DNA of 64,000 bases from NCBI GenBank assembly GCA_009914755.4, contig CP068257.2, forward strand, positions 15,168,001 through 15,232,000. The letters are read 5' to 3'. The stretch comes from the human T2T-CHM13v2.0 reference genome, Homo sapiens. A program made the translations under genes and the position numbers. The notes under the pieces were generated by a model that saw nothing but the letters and a program-made list of their open reading frames with translations, had not been told where the DNA came from and did not search any database. Below are positions 29,201 through 41,586 of this stretch, one piece after another (positions within the stretch are counted from its first letter, which is position 1; every line of letters begins with the position of its first letter).

Positions 29201-32200
29201 ACTTTCATTCCTCCCAAACATGCACACACACACCCCTCTTGTTTTGGGGGAGACAATGACAGCAGCCCACCAGAACCTTCCCATGACCCAGAGATATGTG
29301 CCAGGAATTAAACAGATGAGAGAAAATTGAACAGAGCCTGTTTTCTCCGTCCAAATGTATTTTCTAGCTTGGATTTAACACTAGTGTACATTGGAACCAT
29401 CCCAGGGCATCCTAGCTTCTAGTATCTTTTTCCCGTGGACTCCAGCAAAAGAAGCTTTGGACCATAACTATAGTATTTAAGACATTGTTTTCCATTCACA
29501 GTCAAGCTTTGTATTTGTTAACAGGATGTAGAAAAGGAATCAAACCTACTTACAGTCTCTCACCCTCTTGGTGAAAGGACTAGGGACACAAGTGGCCAGA
29601 TGAACCCTGATTTTTCTGTCTGCCACTTTCTTTTTCCAGGACACATACGCAAGCTTGGCAGCACCAACAAAGTGGAAGTAATGTTCCTTTGTTTAGAATG
29701 CAGTGTGTACGAACATTTACATAATAAAATACACACACAAATAACAGATGGTGAAGAGCCACTCATTTCGCCACATGTTGTAAGCACGATATCGTTCCTT
29801 GATGATCTCATTTCTTACTTCTGCCTACAGATGTCTACCAGCTATTTAACCTCAGGGGTTATTCAAATGGTGAAAGGTTTGAAGACAGGCACAAATCTGT
29901 CTACAGAATTTTCCTCTTCCATCAGGTGCAAATGCCCTTTCTGGGTGGAGTTGTCAATCCACAAAAATGCTGTCTTCTGTCTGAAGCACTAAATAATAAA
30001 CTTCATTTCTCATGACACTTGTTGGGCAGACAGTGTCTACGAAAGAGCACAATAAATACTGCCAATATGCTGACTTTGAAAGAGGTCTTTTCCCTTTAAC
30101 CTTTTGTTCTGAACAGAAAGTGTATTAATAATTTTGGTTATTAAGTGAATAGCCTTCTTTTATAGATGTGAGGAGGGGCCTTCGGAAATGAGTGGAAGTC
30201 TCCCAGATGCTGTTTGCTCACATGTCCAATCTGTAATTAGAGTTAAGCCTCAAATGTGTGGTAATAGATACGTTGTATAGATTTAACTGCCACTTGCCAC
30301 TTAGATAACACTTAGATAACACTTCTCCTCCCAAAAGCACAAATTACATTCCTTTTAATTAGCTCCCAATGTACTTTGTTAAAGTACATTGAGAAAGCGA
30401 ATTACTAACCTATTAATTTATAAGCATACATTATTCAAAAGCACATAATCATTAATTAAATATCACAACACATAAGGAGGCAGCATTATCATACCCATTT
30501 TACAGAAATGAATGCCTGTTAAATTATTTGGACTATGACTGATCCAGAATAAGAATCTGTGTTGATCTGTCTAGGATTCATTATTTTGTCCAAGAGGACG
30601 TATCTTTGACTCAATTCTATTTCTTCTTATATAAAATGAATCATAATTTTCAAGCAAAAATCATTAAAAAAAAGTGATGAATTTAAATCAGTTAGCACTT
30701 TAGGGAAATCTCATGTTTTAGCAAGTACATGTATCTTACATTTTACGTAGGAGAGTGTGTAAGAAGGACTTAATATCAACACTAGAATAAGACAATAAAT
30801 GTGGCTATTAAAAACAATCTACCAAACAAGAACTATCTCAAGAAAAGAACAATGAACTTCACTCAAAATGGCTGAAAACAAGCAAACAATCTTATCTTTC
30901 AGAGAATATCTAGACAGTAATATTCAGAAATAGGGTTAGTGACTGGCTGGAATGTAAATGAAAAGATTTTAAGAGATCAGAATGATTTTTGGAAAAGGAA
31001 AATAAATAAACAAAAAAGAGAGTTCATTTAGCTGTATACCTGAAGGCTAATTAAGGCACACTAAGTGATCAACTGAACATAAACATATTCCAGAATTATC
31101 AGATCATTCATCCACAAGCAGAAGAAGAAACAGTGGCCACCATAAGGAAGAAAGGGCTAGAGGATAGACGGGCAGGAAAGAGCAGATAGTAAGGTGGTTG
31201 GACTAGGTGGCAAAAGAGCCTTTGGCACAAAAAACTGTAGGACAAAGGAAGAAAAATGTAAGAGAGGTCAATTAAACGCTTGTAAAAACAGAAAAGGAAA
31301 AAAATGTTGATAATCTGACAAAATTTACCGGCAAGCACCAGATTTGAGAGCATTGCAATCTCCAAGAATATGATGTGCACTTATAAAATTATGACCTTAC
31401 AGAAAAAAATAATAATAAAAAACAATATATTTCTGAGGACAGGTGCGTATTCAAGTGACCTCACTTGCTTATTTTAATCACATTTTAATCACATCATGGT
31501 GTTTTTCCAGTTGGTAAGTAGCAGAAGACCCTTGCCCTAACTAAGGTTTTTCCTATCCTCCATACTCTCCTTGCTCTATCAAGTTCCACATGTATAGATC
31601 ACCCATGTCTCTATGTTCTCATCATTCTTGCTCTTTACTGGTACAGCCAACAATTGGGATAAAACAGTCATAGTAGACTGTTCCATTTGGCATACACCTA
31701 AGTCAAACCACCACCAGCCGCTATATTCTGTCACTATATTCTGTCATAATAGATGACAGAAACTCTGAGCTGTGACACTGATATACCAAATACTAGATAA
31801 AATTATAGTTCTCAGCCTCTGGACTCATTTATGGCACCGGAAATGAGCAAGGAAAGCTGGACTGGTAAGTGACGCCTATGGAAGGAGCCTAGCAGGAGCT
31901 AGGTAAATTCCCAACCATAGGCTGGTCCTCCAGTGACTTGGGGCCTTAACAAGTTGAAAATAAAGCAAGTAACAATTTTTCTCTCTGTGGAGTTTACAGG
32001 GAATCCTAGCAGGGCAAAAAATTGCCCATTGGTATCTTCACAAAAATTTTACTGCCAGTATACTTTTCCTTAACCTGGAACGTCTTTTTTACCACTCTTT
32101 TAACCTTTTTCTCCCCCGTCCTGATCTCAGTCTCAAAGAAAGAAAGTTCCATAACAAAAATATTTGTGGGTTGAATATCTACCTAGATGCTAAATGCTAG

Positions 32201-32682
32201 GCTAATTGTTTACATGTGTGTTAATTTATTTACTCCTCTCAACAATGTCCTAGAAGAGGCTTCCTTAGAGTCAATAATGAGGAAAGTGTATTAATCTGCA
32301 AAAACCTGAGTTCAAGGCAGGGCCTTGGATCAAATCTATAACTCTCTTCCTAATGCAGCTACTCTTACTAAAGTGTTAACAGTCTTCTTCTGTTTGAAAA
32401 TCCTCAGTCACTCTTTAGTTTCCTTAAGATTGATATGTTTGGAGCATCATTTTGGAATGCATTGAACTCCCAGACACCCACCCCCAGCACACTCCAAACT
32501 CTAACACAACTTAACCTGTAGGTCATAATCTGCCACCTCACAAAGCTCCTTCCTTAGGCTCTCTTCTTCCCCTTATCCTTCCTGCTGTTCTGAATTCCAA
32601 AAGTATTTCTTACATTTTCTGGACCATCCACTTTAAGTCTTCTTTTCATAATTGCCTCCACAGCTTCAAGACAGAGATGGGC

Positions 32683-32686
<4 letters not shown>

Positions 32687-32728
<42 letters not shown>
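32687..32728. repeat. Uninterrupted 42-nt poly(A), followed by an A-rich tail to about 32785
   Basis: Read directly: 42 consecutive A, then 'gctttccctgcccttaaaactgaaaagaaaaacaaaaaccaaaaaacaaaaaac'. Confidence 0.95.
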
Positions 32729-32731
<3 letters not shown>

Positions 32732-32810
32732 TTCCCTGCCCTTAAAACTGAAAAGAAAAACAAAAACCAAAAAACAAAAAACATCGGTTTATCACAGCCG
32801 TTATTTTTCT

Positions 32811-32908
32811 TCTTCCTTTTTTTAAGACATGGGGTCTTGCTATGCTGACCAGGCTAGACTCAAATTCCTGGTCTCAAGTGATCCTCCTGCTTCAGCCTCC
32901 TGAGTAGC
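32811..32908 (-). mobile_element. Alu-monomer-like fragment (FLAM/FRAM-like or truncated Alu), about 95 bp
   Basis: 'tttttttaagacatggggtcttgctatgctgaccaggctagactcaaattcctggtctcaagtgatcctcctgcttcagcctcctgagtagc' matches reverse-complement Alu-arm sequence. No second arm is present. Confidence 0.55.
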
Positions 32909-33079
32909 ACAGTTTTATTTCTTATCAATAAGATATATAATATCTGAATGGCAAATTGAGGATGTAGAATATTCATCGTTGTTGAATTGTATTAAATAGT
33001 TTCATATTGCATTTGTTTGTATGAAAAAGAAAAGTTTTACTTAACAAAAGACACAAACTAATGACTAGTTATTGCCAGT

Positions 33080-33467
33080 TGACAGAGTCTTAGTCTACTT
33101 GTTGCTGCTATAGTAGAATATCACAGACTGGGTAATTTATAAATAATAGATGCTTATTTGGCATATGGTTCTGAAGGTTGAGAAGTCCAAGATTGAGGGA
33201 CTGAATCTAGTCAGGGTCGTCTTACTGTGTCATAACATGGCAGAAGGCATCACATGATAAACATGTGAGACAGGAAACAAGAAACCAAATTCATCCTTAA
33301 TAGAAACTCATTATATAGAAACTCACAATAACTAAACCACTCCTGTGATAACAGTGTCAATCTATTCATGAGGGCTATACCTCTTAAAGGTCTCACCTCT
33401 TAATAGTATCAACAATGGTAATTAAATTTTAACCTGAGTTTTGCAGGGGATATTCAAACTATAGCAG
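33080..33467 (-). mobile_element. ERVL-MaLR-type solo LTR (MLT-like), same family type as 13612-13947 but opposite orientation
   Basis: 'gctgctatagtagaatatcacagactgggtaatttataaataatagatgcttatttggcatatggttctgaaggttgagaagtccaagattgagggactgaatc...' is the reverse complement of the '...ccagaactgtgagaaataaatttctgttgtttataagccacccagtctatggtattttgttatagcagc' block. The far end reads 'gggatattcaaactatagca'. Confidence 0.5.
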
Positions 33468-33525
33468 ACAGGTGCTATACTATGTTCTCGATAATAGTTA
33501 CATACATATATGTGTGCAGACAACT

Positions 33526-33547
33526 ATACACACACACACACACACAG
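33526..33547. repeat. (CA)11 microsatellite
   Basis: 'tacacacacacacacacacacagac'. Confidence 0.8.
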
Positions 33548-36500
33548 ACATATGGCTTGACAAATCAAGGATTTCTTGAACAAACATACAACTAATGAAA
33601 ATCAGAAATGAGTTGATGCTTTATACTGACACTTAATTTGTACTTGATTCTCATTAAGGATTACCCTTTCTTTGTTTTCAGTCTCTGCTTAGATTTTACT
33701 TAAAAATATTTTCCTAATTTATTTCCCAACATCTTTTCCTGCTGGTATTTCTTTTTTTCCATCATTTATTTATAATGAAGGCTCCTCCAAATACTACTTG
33801 GTCTGAGTTTCTGGAATCCTTTTGGCAATTTCTTTGCAAAAGTAATGTTTGGGATTATTGTGTAGCTCTGTTGCCCAGTTGGAACTGAACATAGCATCAA
33901 GCTATATTGACTACTACATTTTATTTCTTTTTATGCTTTTTTAAAAATAAAATAACCACTACCTAAGGAAAACTATAGCTATCTTCAATGTAGGGCTCAA
34001 GTCAAAACTCTGCAACTCAGGCTGAACTGAATTCAAAAATTAATTTAGCACTTACTTCTTTGCCTTGCAATAAATATTGATAGCGACCTCCACTTTGAGA
34101 GAGATTCTCAGGCAGAAACTTTAACTCTAGAGATACTATTAGGAAATACTATAAGTTCTTTTGCTTCCAAGCTTCCATCTTATGATTTGCATTTTATATT
34201 TGTCCCTAGAGATCATTTTCCTACACTTTTCCAGCTTTTTCTACACTATTCTGTGGCCAAGAGACTGGCCTCTATCCGTCACACCATGCTGACTCTCTTA
34301 CTCTGCATTTCTTGTTGGTTCAGCTATGGGAGAAAAGAGAGGTTAAAGGAAAGAGAAACAGGAGTATTTACTCCCTCAGCTCCCTCCTTGTTTGACTGAG
34401 GGTTAGCTGAGGTTGTTTTCCACTCACCAAAAGACACTTGTTTGCAGATGTTCCTGTCTTATAGTTACAAGTCTCACTGACATTCAATAACTGCTCCCTC
34501 TCCTCATCCCTTTGGTCTCAGGAGTAATAAAAGCTTCCTAAAATATTGGTAGCCGTTAAGATCTATACCGTAAGTCATCACTTACCCAGTATTGTTTCCT
34601 AATAATTGTAAATAGTCTATTAAACTCATTTCTAGTACCCTAATTTGAGTGTGCTACCTCCTTCTTTCTGAGACACTAGCTGATACTTGTGCCTTTTTCT
34701 TAACCTGCTCAATTACTTGTCTCACAGACCTAATTCAGTATTAAACATTTATGAAACTAACTAGTAATCACAATTTTTAAAATATAAAAATAAAACAATC
34801 ACAATTTTAAAAAATCATTCTGTTTAAGCCACAAAACCCACAACTATCATTTCCTTACTTCCTCCTCTTGAAACTCTAATAGGCATCTTTCTATGTTGTG
34901 TTCTTATTTTAGTTAGTCTAATAAACTTAGCTTTGCTTTACGAAGAAAAAGTGAGCATAGTCTTGAATGCTTGAAAATGTAAGTTGAAATTTTAAAGACT
35001 ATAGTTTTATATTTATTTAAATAATTGTTACAATTTTTCCCACTATAACTTGTATTAAGAATGACCCCCTCCACATAGCTAAAAGTATGTGAAAGCAATA
35101 TAACATTTCATAGTTGCTATAAAGTGGCCAAAGTACTTTTTAAATTAATGGCTTGAAAACTAAGAGTGACATGACATTTGATATCTAAAATTTATTTTTT
35201 TCAAAAATAGCTCATCTGTATACCCACCTGCTTGTTTGGAAAACTAAAACTCAAAACATTCATCCTCAAGAGAGATGGGTGACTCCCTCCCTTTATCATT
35301 AATATTATATTAGTGACTATGCAATTGCTTTTGAACTTTAAAGGCAGATTATCCAAAGAGAATCAAGTTTCCAAGAAAATCTCTGCATGCTTCAGTCGTA
35401 AAGCAGGTAGAATCTTTAAATATTTTGTGTGGCTATTTTGTTGAGGACATACCTTTATGAAAGTAGTCTTAAAAACTTTCAATCCTTGAAAACTTTCTTA
35501 GAGATTGAATACAGATAACATCACTGATTTAATGTTTTTCAAGGGATTCATCTACATTTTTTTCTTTTCATCTGAGAATAATGAAGAGCCTTGAAAATGC
35601 TTCATGACTACGAGGGCTTCTTTAAAAGAGTTACATTAACTAAAACTGAAATGTAGTTACCACACAAAGGCAAGGATAGAATAGGAAAAGACAATGAAGA
35701 AAACTCCTTGTAGGCATAGGCTCCTTATGAGGTTTGGGCTTCTTTCTACCCACTATATCATAACAGTGTAAGAAATGTTCTTTGATACACTTCTCATTCT
35801 TTTCTCATTCTCTTCCCTGTACTGATTTTTCTCCACGTGTCCCTTCCAGATTCATTATCTGCCCTGCACCACCCTATGCTTTGCTCTAGAGGCTAACAGC
35901 ACAAATTACAAACCCTGGGCATCGTTGCCCTCTGATTCCAGGATAGGCCATAAGGTGGGAGTGGACTGGGTACCAGCAGAGAGCACCCAGGGTATTTCTG
36001 CCCCCACTCCCTCTGTGGTTCAGTTCTACGTCTGGGGATTTGCTGTGTCCCTCTGTAACTGTAAACTTGCCAGGCAGCATTTCTCCAGGTCTTTGGCTCT
36101 GACTGCCCTTCAATAACAGTTTCCTTTGCTTGCCTGTTTAGGACTAAAGGCAGTGATGGCCTCCCACTGTTGTTAGTCCCTGAGTACCTCTTGGTTCCCT
36201 TAACACTGCCCTGTAAAAGGCCTCCAGAGTTTGATCCGAGTGAGCCCTATTTCAATTCAGAATTCTGACTGATATATCCCCTTTTATGCCTTCTCCTGAC
36301 TCCTTCCAGGTACCAATATGTTCATAGTCCATGACCACTATCCACAGGATGCTGTAATGGACTTAATGTGTTTCTCCTGCATAGATGTATTTTCAGATAC
36401 AGTTGTATATATGGTGGGTGCTCAACTATTCTGGTAGAAGTAAGAAGGTGATCATTGTTTACCAAACTGGACCTCCTAGAGTTCTAAGATTTTCCCTCTG

Positions 36501-37299
36501 TGGTATCACCTATTCATTTGCCCATCAGTTTCCCTAGCTCTTATTCCCTTGATTCAAACTGCTGTGGTTAAGGATTCAAAAGGATGAATGACTTTTATAT
36601 AGCCAGAAAAATATCTAACAGCTGCCAAAATGAACAGGTCAGCACTGTAACAGAACCACGAAAGTTCTAGTCTCTGAAGAGTAGGTGTCCAGAGGAAAAT
36701 TTCAAAGTAGATAATTGGTCTCCTACCTTTTTCTGTTTTTCCCCTTGCCTTCTCTATTTTCTAGTGACCCGTATGTGACATTTAAGAAGGTAAACACTTG
36801 CTTGTGAAAAAATAAATGCCTTGGTGAGAAAGTATGGCAAAGTCACGTCTTGGGAGGAGGAGGAGTTAGAGCGCAGTGGACATAGACATTGCATTCTGAG
36901 TTCATCCGAACCATTTGTTTTTTGTCTCCATTATGCCTCATCCTTTTGTAAAAATGTGTCTGGTGACAAAATGGAAACATAGAGACATACAAATCCTTCT
37001 GGTCTTCTTTTTCTTTCTTGCACTAAACACAGTGAGATCAAGAGACCCCACAGGGCTTAAAGTTATAGCTGCCAGTCCACTATGAACTTGTCACGTACGC
37101 CATTAGACCTGTGCTGGAGAGTAAATTCTACTTCTCTGTAGTGGGACCAGACTCCTAGACAGGTAACAAAGACAAGACTCAAACTGAAGATACTTTGTAT
37201 TCAGTAGACTGATGAGCCAAAACTCTGTTCAGCCGACAGCACATTACAAGAAAAAAGGGAAAGACAGATTTCTAATATGACTTTTCTAGAAAATATGAT

Positions 37300-37440
37300 T
37301 TTATATTTTTATTTATATATTTCATATAAGTATACATAATATATAAATATTTAGATATATTTTATATATTATATAATATATAAATATTTAGATATATTTT
37401 TATATACTATATAATGTATACTTATATATTATCAACATAC
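37300..37440. repeat. AT-rich minisatellite-like block with a tandem duplication of a 38-bp unit
   Basis: 'atataaatatttagatatattttatatattatataat' at 37341-37378 is repeated as 'atataaatatttagatatatttttatatactatataat' at 37379-37417 inside a (TA)-rich stretch. Confidence 0.7.
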
Positions 37441-37714
37441 AGTATCTTCCTCTTTCTTGTTCTTTGCCTGTATAATGTGTCAAAGGCCTCAAATTCTTTT
37501 CTTTAATACTACCCCATTCATTGATACTTGCATTATCAATTACAATTTGTCTTGTTTAAAGCATCTACATTACTGATTTATCAACTTTGAAAATTGTATA
37601 GCTTTAATTCCACAGATTTGCATAAAGTTAGTTATGACCGCCAAAAGTATAAGAAGTTCGTACACTGAGAACAGAATACATCAATATATATTATTAGAGG
37701 AGGTAAAATGCAAT

Positions 37715-37960
37715 GTTTAAGAGTCCAAGTTCTGCAATCATGCTTCCTGCATTTGTAGTCAAATGCTCTACCACTGGGCTATACCCTGCTTGCTGCTTGT
37801 ATTTGAATCCTGGCTCCACTACTTCTAGGTCTGTGGCCTTAAGCAAATTACTTTTCTGTGTATTAATTCTACCTGTACAATGAAGATAATGAGAATATCT
37901 GCCTTAGTATGTTAAGTATTAAATTTGTTAGAACAGTGCCTGAAAATAGTACCGAAGGAA
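37715..37960 (+). mobile_element. MIR SINE, nearly complete core and 3' region
   Basis: 'ttgaatcctggctccactacttctaggtctgtggccttaagcaaattacttttctgtgtattaattctacctgtacaatgaagataatgagaatatctgccttagtatgttaagtattaaatttgttagaacagtgcctgaaaatagtacc' matches the MIR consensus 'ttcgaatcccggctctgccacttactagctgtgtgaccttgggcaagttacttaacctctctgtgcctcagtttcctcatctgtaaaatggggataataatagtacctac...gcttagaacagtgcctggcacatagtaagcgctc' with high similarity. Confidence 0.65.
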
Positions 37961-40004
37961 ATAAATTTATCTAAAAGGCCTTAGGCCAACCTTCAAACCA
38001 ATATTATGATTGACTCCCACACAATAAGTAATGAAGGCTTAACCTAACATTGCCTGATGTCATCCCCACTTTCACCTGTAGGGTGAATGTTAGAATAAAA
38101 GTCTTTAGTACGTTTGCTCCATTTGCAAAGAGCTGCCAATGTAACCCTACATCAGGGAGGGTAAGAAGACAGAAGCTGGGAGCTTGTGGCCATAAAGAAT
38201 ATCCTGGCCCCTTTCCTGATTTTCTATACTTATTATTGAGACTGTCTTATATAATATTTATAAATATTTATGATTTATAAAATATGTTGTATATTAACAT
38301 ACCATATGTGATGTACTTCAAAATATATTTACTATTTATAAAATATCTATGCCCTAAAGGGACTTGTCCATTAAATGATCAGGTTTTAATCTTTTCTACT
38401 TTAGCATGCTTATTCTTTTGAGAATTGAGGAATGGCTGGCCCGAGGTAAGAACTCAATATACAAGCTGACATGATGCTTCTCATTTTTCTCTCTCTTCTA
38501 ATGCAGGTCCAAGTTATGAAAGAAATAATTGAGGCCATTGTGCATTACTCTTATTCTAACACTGCCTGATCTTGGGAAGGGATCAATTGCAAAGTTTATA
38601 TGAATTGAGCTTGGAATAGTGGAGTAAGCTTGAAGAACCTATCTTGGGAAGGATTCCATTTCATAGGCCTTGTTTATTAGCTCAGGAGATATGAGACATG
38701 GCAAACCTATGAGTGACTGGAAAATACAGAGTAGCATATCCAATTTTGGAGAAGTAGTTTTCCCAAGGGTTAATGTCTTAAAAATTAAGAAGCTAAAGAT
38801 TATTTCAAAAGATTATAGGTGAGCAATACAAAGAACAATCCATAGAATAGTCTGGATATATTAGGTCAGAGAGTAATTTAATTGTATTGTGTATTTCTGG
38901 AACAGACTATAGAGAGAAGATTTAATATTATATTTGTAGACTGTCCTGAAGCACAGAAGAAAAAATAAAGAGAAGGATCCGTGTTGGATGGAATTGGGAT
39001 TCATAGATGACACTCAAATTCAGATTGGACTATAAACTGGAGGGGTGTGTGAGTGTCTTGATTTTTTACGTTAGCATATATTGCCTATATGATAATTTAT
39101 TTAAAATGTATAATGAAAGATAAGATCATTATCTAATCGATTGAGAATTATAGCAGAAGAAAAATATATAAGGAAAATTTATGAATCTTGGAGTAGACTC
39201 GATTTTACTGAGTACTTAGTAAACATTCAAATTTCCAGAGTAATGATAAGGGCTCAGGTTCATTGACCCTTGCAAAGACAATACCGGGATACTACACAGT
39301 TTAAGTTGAGAACAATTGATCTATTAAAACAATACCCTGGTTAAATCACTATAGAGTATTCTGGAGCAACTAGCTGGAAAATGCCTGAAATAGATCTGAT
39401 TAAGACTCATATACACTGGGATTTAATGTTAAGCCAAGATAGTATGTGAGGAAGATGCAGTCATTTTTCTAAAATGTGAGGAAGTATATTGAATCTTGAA
39501 AATTGTAAAAGGTGCTGTGTGGAGGACTGCTACACGTCCCTCTGACCCATGTAAAATAACAAAGCAAACATCTGATCAAAATACGACTTTTGAAGCTCTC
39601 TTATGCAAAGAGACAGCCTAACTTCTCTGGTCTGCATGTTCTCTTTCTCTTTGTAGATGATAGCTACATAAGTTGCTAGTGTCTCTGGACATCACTTTTT
39701 GAAATTCCAAGTTCAAATTCCCTTATTGTGCTCTCGTGTTGTATTGCTAACCAGCCTAAGCATAAGAATAAAGGTGGGTTAGGTGTTCTTCCAATTGTTA
39801 CCCATATCTGAATTCTGTTATTGCTCCAGTCTTAAACAACGTGAGGGTCTAGGCATAGAAATTTTGTCAAAAGTAGCATGGCAGCCTGAGGCAGATGAAG
39901 AATAAAGCCATAGTAGAAACAATATAAATTTTGAAAAACAGCTACAAATTAGGCAATAAAAATATTTAGCTGGTTCCTCTGGAGGCCAAAATAAAGAAGA
40001 AACA

Positions 40005-40083
40005 AAGGAAGGAAGGGAAGGAGGGAAGTAGGGAGGGAGGAAGGAAGGGAAGGTAAGAAAAGGAAAAGGAAGGGAAGGGAAGA
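40005..40083. repeat. (GGAA)n/(GGGA)n purine microsatellite, about 80 bp
   Basis: 'aaggaaggaagggaaggagggaagtagggagggaggaaggaagggaaggtaagaaaaggaaaaggaagggaagggaagagg'. Confidence 0.85.
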
Positions 40084-41532
40084 GGTTTCAGCTATTATTA
40101 TTGGGATGTAAAAATTCTACACTTGGATTGCCAGGTAAGATAATGATTTTCTTGGAATTCAAAAACAGTCAGAAAAACCTTGACTCTAAGGATATGTCTG
40201 GCCACTATTAGATATGTACCCTCTTTGATTGACATTTTCTTTTGGGGGATGATAAACCTCATAGAGATTTTCTGTGATTTAAGTAAGTAACATTTGAATA
40301 AGAAGTCTTTCATGTAGCAGACATTCAGTGAACTCCAGTTCTCTTGCCTATAACCAATTATAAGATACTGGTTGGATGTGTATTTTTTTTTCACATTCAC
40401 TTCTTTAGGCCATTAGATAATGAAGGAAAATTTATAATGTCTAGCTGGGAAATCACATAAATTTTAAATCACAGAAAATGGATTCAGGCAGCGTGATAAA
40501 GATCTTATATTTAAAAATGAATAGACTACTAATGCACATGTATTAAATTATGCCATTAAAACCTAAAATTCTCTCTTATTTTCTAACAATAACATTTGTA
40601 TCTGGCATTATAAATCTTCATCATATATACCCAGAAATTGGGGAGTGTTCACGTAAGTGGGAGTTGAAATTTATTTTCTATGTAATGTAAAAATGTACAT
40701 TTTAAAGGATGGGAGGGAAAAGGTAGGATTTTTCTGAAAGATACATGCCAGTATAAGAAAAAATTATGATCAGGGTAATTCCTAGAACATACAGAAAGAA
40801 GAGATTGCTGCAGAATTCATTTTTCAGGAATCTTTTGCTAATGCTTGACAGTAACTCAGAAGATGAAAATGGAGAACAGAAGAATACATGATTTCACCAA
40901 CTGATAGAAAAGGAATTAAGAAGCTTTTATATACATCCAAATAGGCCATAATCCTTAATTCCTGTGCCAGAAAAAATACCAAGATGAAAAAGTAAACATT
41001 TCCACCTCTTCCTTGGCTACACAAGTATTGCTTATGTTATTCTCTTCTGTAATATTTTTCAAGTATCTCTAATGTTTACATATGTAAAAATAAGTTTTAA
41101 AATACTGAGCTCCCAGACCCAGTCAGTTATTCTTGGCACTAAGGTATAACTAACGAAAAAGAGAAAATAAGATACTCACTTTGTAGCCAATTACTCATAC
41201 ATGCCCAGAAACAGAGGAGCTAGTCCACACCTGTCTACATGCATATCATGTCCTGGAGAATTATCTTATTAGATGTAATCATATGAAGATATATGGCCAA
41301 ATTAAAAGTATATGTACTTCCTTAATTATTTCAAATTACCCCATATTTTATTTGTTATAAAATATAATTTGAGTCTACTATTTTTAGATAGCTGAATGAA
41401 ATAACTTTTCTATAATGAAAATAATACAGTTAAAAGTTTGCATGTAGAAAACAAGGAAGTTTAGTATTTTTGTTTTGTTTTTAGTTTATTTTTTAAATTA
41501 TATTTTAAAAACATAAAATTTAACATCTTAAC

Positions 41533-41586
41533 TTTTTTTTTTTTTTTTTTTTTTGAGACAGGGTCTCATTCTGTCGCCAGGTTGGA
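41533..41586 (-). mobile_element. Alu 3'-terminal stub: 22-nt poly-T plus about 32 bp of the Alu right-arm end
   Basis: 'tttttttttttttttttttttt gagacagggtctcattctgtcgccaggttgga' then unrelated sequence. Either a severely 5'-truncated insertion or a deletion remnant. Confidence 0.6.

Noticed and set aside
32687-32728. Poly(A) as the tail of a processed pseudogene or retrocopy
   Set aside because: No AATAAA or ATTAAA within about 40 nt upstream and no recognisable mRNA-like body. More likely an expanded tail of an old retroposon.
35880-36600. Relatively GC-richer non-Alu stretch considered as a possible exon or conserved element
   Set aside because: No long ORF and no splice-site pairing. Several phrases look like old LTR/MER-type repeat sequence, but I cannot assign a family from memory, so it is left unannotated rather than guessed.
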